From positions 455,416 through 519,415 of the forward strand of contig CBDCCY010000001.1 in NCBI GenBank assembly GCA_965215155.1: 64,000 nucleotides of DNA. Direction: 5' to 3'. Position 1 is the stretch's first letter. Each line of letters opens with the position of its first letter. The notes beneath the pieces are model-generated. The model made no database searches and was not told the DNA's origin. It saw only the letters and a list, made by a program, of their open reading frames with translations. Shown here piece by piece: positions 19,555 through 30,662 of this stretch. Both the position numbers and the translations under genes were made by a program. Source of the stretch: Vicinamibacterales bacterium (GTDB taxonomy: Bacteria > Acidobacteriota > Vicinamibacteria > Vicinamibacterales > UBA8438).

Positions 19555-21708
19555 GTGCGACGCATGGCGGAACGGAATCCGTCCCGGCCCACGCTCGCGC
19601 GGCTGGCCCGGCTCTACGGCCTCCAGACGTCGTACGCCGACGGCCGCGGGGTCCGTCGCCACGCCTCGCCGCAGTCGGTCCGCGCGCTGCTGGAAGCCCT
19701 CGGCGCGCCGCTCGCGACGACGCGCCCCCGCGACATCGCCGCCGTGTCGGACGCACGCCGGCGCGCCGCCTGGGCGCGGCCGGTCGAGCCCGTGCTCGTC
19801 GCCTGGCGCGGTCGCCGGGTCGAGTTCCTCGTCCGCGGGATCGAGACGAGCGGCCCCGTGCCGGCGCGGTGTCGACTCCGGCTCGCCGACGGACGGACGC
19901 GAACGTGGACGGTGCGGGCCGACGAGCCGGCGGTCGCGGCGGCCACGGTGGATGGTGTCGCGTACCGTGCGCGCCGGGCCCGGCTCCCGGCGCGCCTCCC
20001 CGACGGCTACCACGACCTCGACGTCGAGATCGGCAGGCGGTCCTGCCGCAGCCTGGTCGTCGTGGCGCCGCCGCGGGCGTACGACGACGGCGGGCGGACG
20101 TGGGGGGTCTTCCTCCCGCTCCACACGCTGCAGTCGGCCGGGAGCTGGGGGGTCGGCGACTTCACCGATCTGGAGGCTCTCGCCGCGTGGGTCGCCTCGG
20201 AGGGCGGGACGTCGGTGGCCCTGCTGCCGCTGCTGGCCGCCTTCCTCGGCGAGCGGCCCTTCGAGCCGAGTCCCTACCTGCCGGTGAGCCGCCTGTTCTG
20301 GAACGAGCTGTACGTCGATCCGCGCCGGCTGCCGGAGTTCGCGCACTCGGAGCCCGCGCGGCGCCTCGTCGCTTCCGCGGAGTTCCGGGGCCGCGTCGAA
20401 GGCCTGCGGGCCGCGCGTCTCGTCGACTACCGCGGGGCCATGGCCCTGCGGCGCCGCGTCCTCGAGCTGCTCGCCCGTGCTCTCGACGACCGGGCCGACC
20501 GACGCCGCGCGGCCTTCGAGGACTGGATCGAGCGCTGCCCGCCGGCGCGCGACTACGCCGCGTTCCGCGCGACCCGCGAACTGCTGGCGCGGTCGCGCGC
20601 GGCCGTCCCGCCGCCGATGCCGCCGGCGCCGCCGCGGCGGGGGCCGCTGCCCGCGCCGCCGGGAGAGCGCCACGCGGTCCGCTACCACCTCTACGCGCAG
20701 TGGGCGGCCGCCGAGCAGATCGGGCAGCTCGCGCGCACCGCGGCCGCCCGCGGCGGCGGGCTCCATCTCGACATTCCCGTCGGCGTGCATCCCGACGGAT
20801 TCGACGTCTGGCGCCACCCGACGTTGTTCGCCCGCGGCGCGGCGCTCGGCGCGCCGCCCGACCCGCTGTTCGCCGAAGGCCAGGACTGGAGCGCACCGCC
20901 GCCGCACCCGGAGATGGTGCGCGAGGATGCCTACGCCTACTTCCGCGCCAGCCTCGCTCACCAGATGGGGCCGGCGACCGCCGTGCGCCTCGATCACGTC
21001 ATGGGGCTCCACCGCCTGTTCTGGATCCCCCGCGGGGGAGAGCCCGCCGACGGCGCCTACGTTCGCTACCGCTCCGAGGAGCTCTACGCCATCGTCTGCC
21101 TGGAATCGCACCGCCACCGGACGCGCGTGGTCGGCGAGAACCTCGGCACCGTGCCGCGCTACGTCGATGCGGCGCTGTCCCGGTACGGCCTCGCGAGGAT
21201 GCACGTCGCACAGTTCGCCGTGGATCCCGGCGCCGCCGAACCGCTGGGACGCGTTCCCCGGCGCGCCTTCGCCTGCGTGAACACGCACGACACGCCGACG
21301 TTCGCGGGCTTCCTCGACGGGCGAGACATCGACGCCCGCGTCGCGGGCGGCCGTCTCGATGCGGACGGAGCCGAGCGCGAGCGCCGCCGGCGGCGGGCCG
21401 AGGCGGCGGCCCTGCGCGCGGCGGCGGGGGAGGGCGCCGGGGCGGGTGGACAGGAGCATGCGCGGGCGGCCGCGGACCTCCGCACCCTGTGGGCGTGTCT
21501 CGACCGGCTTGCCCGCAGCGCCGCGAGCGTAGTGACCGTCAACCTGGAGGATCTGTGGCGGGAGCCGCGCCCGCAGAACGTGCCCGGCACGGGAGCGGAG
21601 AAGCCCAACTGGCGGCGCAGGGCGCGCTACGGCCTCGAGGTGCTGCGGGATCTGCCGGGCGTGACGGCCGCGCTCCGCGACCTTGCGCGGCGCCGCCCGC
21701 GAGGATGA
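19555..21708 (+). CDS. malQ: 4-alpha-glucanotransferase (amylomaltase, GH77) with N-terminal extension
   Basis: GH77 blocks: [62 protein letters not shown]. Confidence 0.88.
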   Translation: MRRMAERNPSRPTLARLARLYGLQTSYADGRGVRRHASPQSVRALLEALGAPLATTRPRDIAAVSDARRRAAWARPVEPVLVAWRGRRVEFLVRGIETSGPVPARCRLRLADGRTRTWTVRADEPAVAAATVDGVAYRARRARLPARLPDGYHDLDVEIGRRSCRSLVVVAPPRAYDDGGRTWGVFLPLHTLQSAGSWGVGDFTDLEALAAWVASEGGTSVALLPLLAAFLGERPFEPSPYLPVSRLFWNELYVDPRRLPEFAHSEPARRLVASAEFRGRVEGLRAARLVDYRGAMALRRRVLELLARALDDRADRRRAAFEDWIERCPPARDYAAFRATRELLARSRAAVPPPMPPAPPRRGPLPAPPGERHAVRYHLYAQWAAAEQIGQLARTAAARGGGLHLDIPVGVHPDGFDVWRHPTLFARGAALGAPPDPLFAEGQDWSAPPPHPEMVREDAYAYFRASLAHQMGPATAVRLDHVMGLHRLFWIPRGGEPADGAYVRYRSEELYAIVCLESHRHRTRVVGENLGTVPRYVDAALSRYGLARMHVAQFAVDPGAAEPLGRVPRRAFACVNTHDTPTFAGFLDGRDIDARVAGGRLDADGAERERRRRRAEAAALRAAAGEGAGAGGQEHARAAADLRTLWACLDRLARSAASVVTVNLEDLWREPRPQNVPGTGAEKPNWRRRARYGLEVLRDLPGVTAALRDLARRRPRG

Positions 21709-21719
21709 TGCCGCACCGC

Positions 21720-21894
21720 CCACCCTCCGAGTCCGCGCCGTCACACGGCGGACTCCCGGCCCGCCGATCGTCGCCTGACGGCTCCGCGCGCTGCCCCGCA
21801 GGCCCACTGTCCCCAGGAGTCTGCGCCGCAGAACGTGCCATGGAGCGGTTCGTGCCGGCGCAGCCTCCCAACGCGCCCGTGAGGGCGCCGCTAG
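21720..21894. repeat. CTAG-element family copy (rearranged unit-B-like part plus unit A in reverse, 21813-21894)
   Basis: AGGAGTCTGCGCCGCAGAACGTGCCATGGAGCGGTTCGTGCC...CCCAACGCGCCCGTGAGGGCGCCGCTAG. The terminal CTAG (21891-21894) contains the glgP stop codon. Confidence 0.75.
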
Positions 21895-24494
21895 CCGCGC
21901 CCCATGTCGCTCGAGAGGCCACCGGCCGCCGGCAGGTAACAGTGCCGCACGTAGTCCATCACCATGCGGTCGGCGTTGAAGCGCCAGCCCAGCGTATGGA
22001 TTGCCCGCTTCATGCGGGCCGCCCAGCCGCGCGGCACGCCGTCCGGGTCCCGATCGTAGTAGAGCGGGACCACCTCGTCGGCGAGCACGCGCAGCATCTC
22101 GTCCGCATCGCGCCCGTCCTGCGCCTCGGGGGACGTGTGGGCCTCGCCCGCACCGATGGCGAAGCCGTTCGTGCCGTCAAAGGCTTCCGCCCACCAGCCG
22201 TCGAGGACCGACAGGTTCAGCCCGCCGTTCAGCAGCACCTTCTGACCGCTCGTCCCCGATGCCTCCTGGGGCCTCCGGGGGTTGTTCAGCCAGACGTCGA
22301 CCCCCTGGACGAGCTGGCGTCCGAGGCTGATGTCGTAGTCCTCGAGGAAGACGAGCTTCCCGAGGAAGCGGGCGTCCCGGCTCAGCTCGTGAATCCGCTG
22401 GAGCACGCCTTTCGCGGGCTCGTCGCGCGGGTGCGCCTTGCCTGCGATCACGAACTGGATCGGGCGCTGCGGGTCGTTGACGAGGCTCGCGAGCCGCTCC
22501 GGGTTCTGGAGGAACAGGGCGGCGCGCTTATAGGTGGCCACGCGGCGCGCGAATCCGATGGTCAGGGCGTCCTGGCTGAGCGCATGGGAGAGCTGCTCGA
22601 GCACGACCGCCGGCTCGCCCCGCCGCGCCGCTTCGCGCAGGACCCGTCGCCGGACCGAGTCCAGGAGGCGGATCTTGAGAGCGACGTGGGTCTCCCAGAG
22701 CGCCCCGTCGCTGACCCTCTCGATTCCCGCCGCGATGTCGGGCAGCCCGTCCTCGCGCGACGCGTCCTCGGAGCGGAGGTGCCGGTCGTGGAGCTGCTGC
22801 ATCTGCGGCGCCAGCCAGCTCGGCACGTGAATGCCGTTGGTGATGTGGCCGATCGGCACGTCCTCCTCCGGGCGGCCGCTCCACAGGCCGTGCCACATGT
22901 GGCGGGTGACGTCCCCATGCACGGACGAGACCGCGTTGGCGCGGCGGGAGGCGCGCAACCCCAGCACCGTCATGCAGAAGGGCTCGCCCGCGTCGTCCGG
23001 ATTCACGCGCCCGAGACCCATGAGACGCTCGTGCGGGATGCCCAGGGCATCGCGGAGCGGCCCGAGATGCTCGTCGAGCAGGTCGGCCGGGAAGGCGTCG
23101 TGGCCAGCGGGCACGGGCGTGTGGGTCGTGAAGACCGTTCGCCGGGCCACCCGCCGGACGGCGGTCTCGAAGTCGACGCCCTCCCGCTCGATGCAGCGCC
23201 GCATCGCTTCCAGCACCGCGAAGGCGCTGTGCCCCTCGTTGAGGTGGAAGACGCCCGGCACGAGCCCCAGCGCGTGGAGCGCCTTCAGCCCGCCGATTCC
23301 GAGCAGCAGCTCCTGGCGAATGCGCACTCGAACGTCGCCGCCGTAGAGGCGCGCCGTCAGCGCCCGGTCCTCGGGCGTGTTGCCGTCGACGTCGGAGTCG
23401 AGCAGCAGGAGCGTCCGCCGTCCGATCGCGGCCTGCCACACGCGCGCGCGCAGGCAGCCGTCGCGCGTCGCGATCTCCGGCACGATCGGCTCGCCGTCCG
23501 CCCCCACGGCCGGTTCCAGCGGCAGTCTCGCGAGGTCGACCTCCGCGTAGTCCTCCTGCTGCCAGCCGCCGGCGTCGAGCCGTTGCCGGAAGTAGCCCTG
23601 GCCGTAGAACAGGCCGACGCCGACGAGCGGCACGCCCAGGTCGGAGGCGCTCTTGATGTGGTCCCCGGCCAGCACGCCGAGCCCTCCGGAGTAGATCGGC
23701 AGCGATTCGTGGATGCCGAACTCGGCCGAGAAGTAGGCCACCGGCTGGCGGCGGAGGATGCCGGCGTGCGTGTCGCCCCACGTCGCGGATCGCTCGCGGT
23801 ACTCCTGGAGCCGCCGGAACGTGTGGTTGATCCGGTGCCCCAGCGCGAGATCGCCGATGCGCTCGTCGAGCGCGTCGAGCGACATCTCCGACAGCAGCGC
23901 CACCGGGTTCCGGCCCAGTTCCTCCCAGCGCGTCGGGTCGAGGTCCTGGAACAGGCTCATCGCGCTCGCGTCCCAGCTCCACCACATGTTCCGGGCCAGC
24001 GCCCAGAGCCGGTGCTGGAGCGGTCCAATCGACTGATCCCGCTCCCGCACCTGGGCGACGATCGGGCTGATCTCTCCCGCCGCCAGCAGCAGCGACGCGA
24101 TCTCGTCGTCGGAGAAGCTCCGCTCCTCGATCGTCTGCACGATGAGCACGCCCTGGAGCAGCTCGCGGTCGATGAGCGGGACGCCCAGGAAGGCGTAGTA
24201 GGGATCCTCGCCGGCCTCCGCGAAGTGCTTAAAGCGGGGATGCCGCTTGACGTTGGGCACCTCGATGGGCCGCAGCTGCTCCGCGACGAGGCCCGCGAGG
24301 CCCTCGTGCAGCTCCATGCGGACCTTGCCGACGCTCTCCGGACGCAGGCCGACGGTGGCCGCGAGCACGAGGTGGCTCCGGTCGGCTTCGAGGAGGTAGA
24401 TGGAGCAGACGTCGACGCCCATCCGGGCCTGGAGCTGCCGGACGCCGGCGGTCAGGGTCTCGGTGGAGTCGGCGTGTCGGGTGGTCAGGTGCAT
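21891..24494 (-). CDS. glgP: Alpha-glucan phosphorylase (GT35, TIGR02094-type) with an N-terminal GAF domain
   Basis: The first about 150 aa are GAF-like ([21 protein letters not shown]...[20 protein letters not shown]). The remainder is a GT35 phosphorylase ([52 protein letters not shown]). Confidence 0.88.
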   Translation of the reverse strand: MHLTTRHADSTETLTAGVRQLQARMGVDVCSIYLLEADRSHLVLAATVGLRPESVGKVRMELHEGLAGLVAEQLRPIEVPNVKRHPRFKHFAEAGEDPYYAFLGVPLIDRELLQGVLIVQTIEERSFSDDEIASLLLAAGEISPIVAQVRERDQSIGPLQHRLWALARNMWWSWDASAMSLFQDLDPTRWEELGRNPVALLSEMSLDALDERIGDLALGHRINHTFRRLQEYRERSATWGDTHAGILRRQPVAYFSAEFGIHESLPIYSGGLGVLAGDHIKSASDLGVPLVGVGLFYGQGYFRQRLDAGGWQQEDYAEVDLARLPLEPAVGADGEPIVPEIATRDGCLRARVWQAAIGRRTLLLLDSDVDGNTPEDRALTARLYGGDVRVRIRQELLLGIGGLKALHALGLVPGVFHLNEGHSAFAVLEAMRRCIEREGVDFETAVRRVARRTVFTTHTPVPAGHDAFPADLLDEHLGPLRDALGIPHERLMGLGRVNPDDAGEPFCMTVLGLRASRRANAVSSVHGDVTRHMWHGLWSGRPEEDVPIGHITNGIHVPSWLAPQMQQLHDRHLRSEDASREDGLPDIAAGIERVSDGALWETHVALKIRLLDSVRRRVLREAARRGEPAVVLEQLSHALSQDALTIGFARRVATYKRAALFLQNPERLASLVNDPQRPIQFVIAGKAHPRDEPAKGVLQRIHELSRDARFLGKLVFLEDYDISLGRQLVQGVDVWLNNPRRPQEASGTSGQKVLLNGGLNLSVLDGWWAEAFDGTNGFAIGAGEAHTSPEAQDGRDADEMLRVLADEVVPLYYDRDPDGVPRGWAARMKRAIHTLGWRFNADRMVMDYVRHCYLPAAGGLSSDMGRG

Positions 24495-24607
24495 ACCTCG
24501 CGCGTACGAGGATCCTCAACACGAGCCCGCCCCGTCAACCTGCGAGCCGGTCTCGCCGGCCCGGCGGACGGCATCGCGGTGCGGACTTTCCCGGCGCGCG
24601 GGTCGGC

Positions 24608-25618
24608 TCAGGCCGCTTCCGGTGCCGCCCCGGCGGTGGCCGCGCCGGGGCGGCAGACGCTGCGCACGGGCTTCGGTGCGGGCTGCGGCTCCAGGAGGCG
24701 CAGGCTGAAGGCAGGCTGCCTGCCGATCGCCAGCAGCGACTCGACGATGCGGGCGGGCTGCCCCCAGTCGCTCCACATGAGGCTCTCGAGGGGCAGCATC
24801 GCGATGCGATCGTGGGCTCTCTCGAGCAGCCCCGACGAGAAGTTGACCCGCGGCATCGTCTCGTAGACCTCTTCGAGGACCGCGGCTTCGCGTGTCCCCC
24901 CGAGGGCCTCCCGCAGCACCGTGAAGAAGGGCGCCAGCGTGGGGAGCCGCTCGCACGAGAGGTCCCACAGGGTGCGGGCGCGGGCCACGAGGACCAGCGT
25001 GTTCCACACGCCGCCGCGATGGTGCAGGCGAACCGCTTCGGCCGCCGGCGGCTTCTCCACGAACGACTCCACCGCGTACACCCGGTGCGTCGGCCGGCGC
25101 TCGAGCTCCCCGGACGGAACGATCCAGCCGTAGTCGTCCTCGACGTTGGCAGGGGGCGCGCCCAGAAGGAGCACCCGGTCGTCGAGCCGTTCGGCGGCCC
25201 GCACCGCCACCTGCACCTGCGCCACGAACCGCGGCTCCGGATACACGAAGTGGTCCGACGGCAGGATGACCACCGTGGCGTCCGGATCGCGGTGCAGGGC
25301 ATGGGCGAGCCCGAGGAGCACGCCCGGCGCCGTATCGAGATTGGCCGGCTGCTCGATGAAGGTTCCGTCCGACGCGCGGGGCGCGCGCTCGCGGCGCACC
25401 GCGCGGTGGGCGCGCCCGACCACCGTGAGTATCCGACTCGGGTCGCACAGGGCGGCGGCCCGGTCGAGGGTGTGATCGAGCATCGACCGAGTGCCGGAGA
25501 ACGCGCAGTACTGCTTGGGAACGTGGCGGCCGAGCCACCGCTCGGTGAGCGGGCGAAGCCGCATGCCGTCGCCGCCCGCGAGCACGATCGCCAGCGGTTG
25601 CTGCCTTGGAGTCATCAT
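24608..25618 (-). CDS. Sugar-phosphate nucleotidyltransferase (mannose-1-phosphate guanylyltransferase-like NTP_transferase domain)
   Basis: ATG-ATG at 25618. [17 protein letters not shown] nucleotide-binding loop. VVILPSDHF. Confidence 0.7.
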   Translation of the reverse strand: MMTPRQQPLAIVLAGGDGMRLRPLTERWLGRHVPKQYCAFSGTRSMLDHTLDRAAALCDPSRILTVVGRAHRAVRRERAPRASDGTFIEQPANLDTAPGVLLGLAHALHRDPDATVVILPSDHFVYPEPRFVAQVQVAVRAAERLDDRVLLLGAPPANVEDDYGWIVPSGELERRPTHRVYAVESFVEKPPAAEAVRLHHRGGVWNTLVLVARARTLWDLSCERLPTLAPFFTVLREALGGTREAAVLEEVYETMPRVNFSSGLLERAHDRIAMLPLESLMWSDWGQPARIVESLLAIGRQPAFSLRLLEPQPAPKPVRSVCRPGAATAGAAPEAA

Positions 25619-25694
25619 TGCCTCGTTCCGGACAATCGTGTGCCGGGTACCAGGACCCTCCACATCGTTGTCGTATGCCGGCGCCACACTCCCC

Positions 25695-25982
25695 TCATCG
25701 GGATGCGAAGCCGTTCCGCAACTCGCGTTCCGCTTCCAGCCAGTCGTCGAGCGGGCCGCCCGAGCGGTTCGGATCGAGCGAGAGGAAGTAGGCCCGCTCG
25801 GCAATCTGGGTCTCGGTCGGCTCGACGGCCGGTGCGGCCGCGACCGGCGCAGGCGCCGCGGAGGGCTTCCGCGTCGCGGTCGCGGTGCGCCGGGGCGGCT
25901 TGCTGCGCGGCTCGGTCTCGCGCGCACGCTTGGCCGCGGTTCGAGGTTGTGTCGCTCGCTTCGCCGTACGCGTCTCCTTCAT
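25695..25982 (-). CDS. DUF2934-like small basic protein
   Basis: ATG at 25982 after GGAGG. C-terminal IAERAYFLS...DDWLEAERELR motif is characteristic of DUF2934. Confidence 0.6.
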   Translation of the reverse strand: MKETRTAKRATQPRTAAKRARETEPRSKPPRRTATATRKPSAAPAPVAAAPAVEPTETQIAERAYFLSLDPNRSGGPLDDWLEAERELRNGFASR

Positions 25983-26024
25983 GGTTCCTCCAACGCGTCC
26001 CTGACCGAAGGTCCGCAGCCAACC

Positions 26025-26191
26025 CTGGGAGTCTGCGCTGCAGAACGTGCGATTGCGGCTACCTCGTGCCCGCGCAGACTCCCAACGCGCCCGCAAGGGC
26101 GCGCTAGCCCACCATTCGTCGCCTGACGGCTCCGCCTGGTGCCCAACCAACCCTCCAGGAGTCCGCGCCGTTCTACGGCGCAGACTCCTAG
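26025..26191. repeat. Composite CTAG-bounded element (unit A reverse 26025-26107, unit B reverse 26104-26191)
   Basis: Reverse complement of 8749-8914 with few mismatches. CTAG at 26104 and 26188. Short hairpin GGAGTCCGCGCCG-TTCTA-CGGCGCAGACTCC. Confidence 0.85.
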
Positions 26192-26518
26192 CGCCGAGAT
26201 GTGTTCGAGCGGTGTCGAGCCTGTTCCGTCGTAACTCGATGCCCTCGCCCGACAAGGACAAACTGCAAAGATCGCGCCGGGCACCGTTCCACGGACGGGT
26301 GCCGCTCCCGTGGCCGCAACACCCTCCCCATCAAGTAGTTGCCGGAGACGGTCGGCCTGCGGCCAGGCCGGCGCGCCGTGCCCGCGAGACTACGAAACCG
26401 TCAGCGGTTGGAGCTGACGCGACGTTCCTGTGGTTCGGGTGAGTCCGAGCCGAGGACGCTGCCGAAGAGACCGACGAGAAACCGGACGCTTGCGGGGACG
26501 GACGCAGGCGGGCCGCCT

Positions 26519-28447
26519 TCAGTCAGGGAGCAAGAATAGCACGCCGAGCGGGGGCAGGGTGAGGCGCAGCGAGTGGGGACGCCCGTGAGCCGGCACGTCA
26601 TCGGCCGCGCGGCGTCCGAGGTTGCCGCTTCCGCCGCCGCCGTAGCACGTCGCGTCGCTGTTGAGGCGCTCGCGCCACGCGCCGCCGCGCGGGACGCCGA
26701 TGCGGTAGTCGAACCGCGCCACGGGAGTGCAGTTGCAGGCCACGACCAGCGGCCGCCCGCGGCGGTCGCGCCGGAGGAAGCTCAGGACGCTGCTCGCCCG
26801 GTCGTCGCACGCGATCCACTCGAAGCCCGCGGGCTCGGAGTCCAGCTCGTACAGGGCCGGCTCGCTCCGGTAGCAGCGGTTGAGGTCGCGCACCCACCTC
26901 CGCAGCCCCCCCTTGAGCGGGTCGTCCAGCAGATGCCAGTCGAGGCTCTCGGCCGGCGTCCACTCGCGCGCCTGCCCGAACTCGTTGCCCATGAAGAGGA
27001 GCTGCTTGCCGGGGTGGCCGACCATGAATCCGAACAGCAGCCGCAGGCTGGCGTGCCGTTGCGCCTCGTCGCCCGGCATCCGCGCCAGCAGCGAGCCCTT
27101 GCCGTGGACCACCTCGTCGTGGGAAAGGGGCAGGACGTAGTTCTCGCTGAAGGCGTAGACGAGGCTGAACGTGAGCTCGTCCTGGTGGTGGCGGCGGTGG
27201 ACCGGGTCGCGCGCGAAGTAGCGCAACGTGTCGTTCATCCAGCCGAGGTTCCACTTGAAGCCGAAGCCGAGCCCGCCGGCATCCACCGGGGCGGTAACGA
27301 GCGGCCACGCGGTCGATTCCTCGGCCACCATCATGATGCCGGGATGCGCCGCGGGGACCCGCTCGTTCAGGCGCCGCAGGAAATCGACCGCGTCGAGGTT
27401 CTCCCGGCCCCCGTCCCGGTTCGGCACCCACTCGCCGTCGGCCCGCCCGTAGTCCAGGTAGAGCATCGAGGCGACCGCATCTACGCGCAGCCCGTCGACG
27501 TGGTACGCGTCGCACCAGAAGAGCGCGCTGGCGATCAGAAAGTTGCGGACCTCGCGCCGGCCGTAGTTGAAGATCAGCGAACCCCAGTGCGGGTGGTCGC
27601 GCTGGCGCGGGTCGGCGTGCTCGTAGAGATGCGTGCCGTCGAAGCGCGCGAGCCCGTGTTCGTCCTTCGGGAAGTGGGCGGCCGACCAGTCGACGAGGAC
27701 TCCGATTCCGCGCCGGTGGAGGGTGTCGACGAGCGCCATGAACTCCTGCGGCGTGCCGAAGCGGCTCGTCGGCGCGAAGTAGCCGAGCGTTCCGTAGCCC
27801 CAGGACTCGTCGAGCGGGTGCTCCGCGACCGGCAGCAGCTCGACGTGCGTGAAGCCCATCTCGGCCGCATAGTCGGCCAGCCGCGGGGCGAGGTCGGCGT
27901 AGGTGAGCCAGCCTCCGGACCCGGGCACCCGCATCCAGGAGCCGAGGTGCACCTCGTAGACCGAGATCGGCGCATCGTGCGCCTGTCGGGCGGCGCGCTC
28001 CGCCATCCAGCCCCGGTCGCCCCACGCGTAGCCGGACAGGTCCCAGACGCGCGAGGCGGTGCGCGGGCGCGGCTCGCTGGCGAACGCATGGGGGTCGGCC
28101 TTCTGCACGGCTTCGCCGCCCCGCGGCCGGACCTCGTACTTGTAGAGGGCGCCGTGGCCGGCGTCCGGGACGAAGGCCTCCCAGACTCCCGCTTCGGCGC
28201 GCAGGCGCATGGGGTGCGCCGCGCCGTCCCAGCCGTTGAAGTCGCCGACGACCGCGACGCGGCGCGCGTTCGGCGCCCAGACCGCGAAGTGCGTCCCCTC
28301 CGACCCGCGGTGCCGCGTGACGTGGGCGCCGAGCTTGTCGTAGCTGCGCTCGTGCGTCCCTTCCGCGAGGAGGTGCAGATCGAACTCGGTCAGGAAGGGG
28401 GAGCCGGAGCCGCCCGCCCGGGCACGTGACGACACGCCAGTAGGCAC
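26519..28447 (-). CDS. glgB: 1,4-alpha-glucan branching enzyme
   Basis: [25 protein letters not shown]-terminus. GH13 motifs [41 protein letters not shown]. Confidence 0.92.
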   Translation of the reverse strand: MPTGVSSRARAGGSGSPFLTEFDLHLLAEGTHERSYDKLGAHVTRHRGSEGTHFAVWAPNARRVAVVGDFNGWDGAAHPMRLRAEAGVWEAFVPDAGHGALYKYEVRPRGGEAVQKADPHAFASEPRPRTASRVWDLSGYAWGDRGWMAERAARQAHDAPISVYEVHLGSWMRVPGSGGWLTYADLAPRLADYAAEMGFTHVELLPVAEHPLDESWGYGTLGYFAPTSRFGTPQEFMALVDTLHRRGIGVLVDWSAAHFPKDEHGLARFDGTHLYEHADPRQRDHPHWGSLIFNYGRREVRNFLIASALFWCDAYHVDGLRVDAVASMLYLDYGRADGEWVPNRDGGRENLDAVDFLRRLNERVPAAHPGIMMVAEESTAWPLVTAPVDAGGLGFGFKWNLGWMNDTLRYFARDPVHRRHHQDELTFSLVYAFSENYVLPLSHDEVVHGKGSLLARMPGDEAQRHASLRLLFGFMVGHPGKQLLFMGNEFGQAREWTPAESLDWHLLDDPLKGGLRRWVRDLNRCYRSEPALYELDSEPAGFEWIACDDRASSVLSFLRRDRRGRPLVVACNCTPVARFDYRIGVPRGGAWRERLNSDATCYGGGGSGNLGRRAADDVPAHGRPHSLRLTLPPLGVLFLLPD

Positions 28448-28564
28448 GCGGCCCGCCGTGCTACGCGGGCGCAGGCGGTTCCACCCGCACCGTCAGCACG
28501 TCGGTGTCCTCGGGATCGTAGCGCAGGTCCCGCACGCCGCCGGCGGACGTCGAGGTCATGGTGG

Positions 28565-28639
28565 CGGTGGCGCGCCCCTTCGGGCGCACCGATCCTATTA
28601 CACGGCCGGCCGCTAGCGGTCTGCGCCGCAGACTCCTAG
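28565..28639. repeat. Degenerate or internally deleted CTAG-element remnant
   Basis: Hairpin GCGCCC-CTTC-GGGCGC at about 28571-28586, then CTAG-CGGTCTGCGCCGCAGACTC-CTAG (CTAG at 28613 and 28636). Confidence 0.5.
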
Positions 28640-28661
28640 ACTGCGCAGGACGGGAGGCGTC

Positions 28662-30113
28662 ATGGCTCCGCGCGTCGCGATCGTCAGCTCCGAGGCGACG
28701 CCCTTCGCGAAGACCGGCGGTCTCGCCGACATGGTCGGCGCGCTGGCCGCGTCCCTTACGCGCCAGGGCGTCGACGCCAGCCTCGTCCTGCCCGCCTACC
28801 GCAGCGTCCTGCGCCGCCAGGACATCGTGCCGACCGGGATGAGCTTCGCGGTGCCGGTCGCGGACGGATTCGAGCGCGCGGACGTGCTCGAGTGGGCAGC
28901 CGGTGCCGGCACGCCGGCCTTCTTCGTGCGGGCGGATCGGTTCTTCGACCGCGAGGGTCTGTACGGGCCGCCGGGATCGGAGTACGCCGACAACGCCGAC
29001 CGGTTCGCGTTCTTCGGGCGCGCGGTGCTGGAGCTGCTCGCGCGCAGGGGGCCGCCGGACGTGCTGCACGGCCACGACTGGCAGTCGGCCTTCGCCGTCG
29101 CCGTCCACAAGCTCCAGCGGGAGCGGCAACCGGGGCTCGGCACGGTGCGCTCGATGCTGACGGTGCACAATGTCGGCTACCAGGGGCTCTTCGACGCGGA
29201 GGCGTTCCCGCGGCTGCTCGTACATTCCGCTGCCTACTGGCCCCACTTCGAGTTCTACGGCCGGATCAGCTTCCTGAAGGCGGGCCTGACCCTGGCCGAC
29301 CGGCTGACGACGGTCAGTCCCACCTACGCGCGCGAGGTTCTGACCGCCGAGCAGGGCCGCGGCCTCGACGGCGTCTTCCGGGAGCGGTCCGCCGACCTGA
29401 CGGGGGTGCTGAACGGCGCGGACTACGAGGTGTGGGACCCGTCCGTCGACCCCTGCCTCGCCCGCCGCTACTCGGTGGATGACGTGACGGGCAAGCGGGA
29501 CTGCAAGGTCGACCTCCGGCGACGCCTCGAGCTGCCGGACGCCGGCGGCCCCCTGCTCGGAATGGTCGCCCGCCTGGTCGACCAGAAGGGGGTCGACATC
29601 GTCGCGGGCGCCGCCGCCGCCCTGCTGGACCGCGAGCTGCAGCTCGTGATTCTCGGCACCGGCGACCCCCGCTACGAGGAACTCCTGCGCGAGATCGCCG
29701 GCCGCGCTCCGGCGAGGGTCGCGGTGCGCATAGGCTTCGACGACGAGCTGGCCCACGTCATCGAGGCAGGGAGCGACATCTTCCTCATGCCGTCCCGCTA
29801 CGAGCCGAGCGGCCTGAATCAGCTCTACAGCCTGCGCTACGGCACCATCCCGATCGTGCGCGCCACCGGCGGCCTCCGGGACTCGGTAACGGCCTTCGAT
29901 GCGGCGACGGGGGAGGGCACGGGCTTCGTGTTCGAGGACTACTCCTCCGAGGCGCTCGTGGAGGCTGTCGACGAGGCGCTCGACTGCTACCGCCGGCCCG
30001 AAGCGTGGGCCGCCCTGATGCGGAACGCGATGCGCCAGGACTTCTCCGTGGACCGCGCCGCCGCGCGCTACGCCGAGCTCTACGAGGAGCTCGCACCCTC
30101 CGGCCGGGCATGA
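28662..30113 (+). CDS. glgA: Glycogen synthase (GT5)
   Basis: ATG after GGGAGG. VSSEATPFAKTGGLADMVGAL N-terminal motif. PSRYEPSGLNQLYSLRYGTIPIVRATGGLRDSV C-terminal motif. Confidence 0.92.
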   Translation: MAPRVAIVSSEATPFAKTGGLADMVGALAASLTRQGVDASLVLPAYRSVLRRQDIVPTGMSFAVPVADGFERADVLEWAAGAGTPAFFVRADRFFDREGLYGPPGSEYADNADRFAFFGRAVLELLARRGPPDVLHGHDWQSAFAVAVHKLQRERQPGLGTVRSMLTVHNVGYQGLFDAEAFPRLLVHSAAYWPHFEFYGRISFLKAGLTLADRLTTVSPTYAREVLTAEQGRGLDGVFRERSADLTGVLNGADYEVWDPSVDPCLARRYSVDDVTGKRDCKVDLRRRLELPDAGGPLLGMVARLVDQKGVDIVAGAAAALLDRELQLVILGTGDPRYEELLREIAGRAPARVAVRIGFDDELAHVIEAGSDIFLMPSRYEPSGLNQLYSLRYGTIPIVRATGGLRDSVTAFDAATGEGTGFVFEDYSSEALVEAVDEALDCYRRPEAWAALMRNAMRQDFSVDRAAARYAELYEELAPSGRA

Positions 30114-30186
30114 CCCGCCCCGGACCCGGCGCCCTGGCCGCTCCCCGGCCGGCGGCACCGCGAGTCTCCCCGCGCCCGGGCGGCGG

Positions 30187-30657
30187 CTACTCGAGCGATG
30201 CCAGGTACGCGGCGAACTGCTCGTTGTAGAGCGCGCCGGGACGGCGGGCGCGGATCTGCGCCACGACCTGCGGCCCGGGCAGGCCCAGCTTGTGGAGGAT
30301 CAGTCCCGCCACGAGGGCCGAGCGGTTGAAGCCCATGCCGCAGTGCGACAGCACCCGGTGGCCCTGTCCGACGAGCAGGGCGCCGAGCGAGGCGACGGCG
30401 TCGGTCTTCGTCGGCTCGGGAAGCGCCTCGTCGAGGATCGGGTAGTAGATGTATAGGATCTCGTGCGGCTTGGTGGGGACGCCGACGTCGAGCCCGCCCT
30501 CGAGGTCGATGACGGTGTCGATGCGCCGCTCCGCCACCACCTTCCAGTCGTGGATGACGGGGGAGATGTAGAGCAGGCCTGCGTCGTCCACCTGCGCGAT
30601 CTCCATCAGCCCCTGGGGGAGCTCGACCGCCGGCGCCTGCGAGGTCGTGTCCGCCAT
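30187..30657 (-). CDS. Dual-specificity (Cys-based, CX5R) protein/phosphoester phosphatase
   Basis: ATG at 30657. Active-site loop VLSHCGMGFNRSALV (HCxxGxxRS). 156 aa. Starts 5 nt downstream of the PQQ-dehydrogenase stop. Confidence 0.7.
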   Translation of the reverse strand: MADTTSQAPAVELPQGLMEIAQVDDAGLLYISPVIHDWKVVAERRIDTVIDLEGGLDVGVPTKPHEILYIYYPILDEALPEPTKTDAVASLGALLVGQGHRVLSHCGMGFNRSALVAGLILHKLGLPGPQVVAQIRARRPGALYNEQFAAYLASLE

Positions 30658-30662
30658 CCGAA

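Noticed and set aside
17305-21807. 1500-aa minus-strand ORF antisense to glgX and malQ.
   Set aside because: The translation is Arg/Pro/Gly/Ala-rich with no motifs. It lies opposite two genes with unmistakable GH13 and GH77 signatures. It is a typical stop-codon-poor shadow frame of a GC-rich genome.
19179-24866. 1895-aa plus-strand ORF across malQ and glgP.
   Set aside because: Same artefact class. It is antisense to the GT35 phosphorylase and out of frame with malQ.
26192-26518. A spacer of about 325 bp with somewhat lower GC between glgB and the CTAG element, considered as a possible sRNA, riboswitch or tRNA (GGTTCGGGTGAGTCC at about 26430 looks vaguely T-loop-like).
   Set aside because: I could not fold a cloverleaf, recognise a known riboswitch core or find a convincing promoter or terminator. 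Covariance-model scanning (Infernal/Rfam) would be needed, so it is left uncalled.
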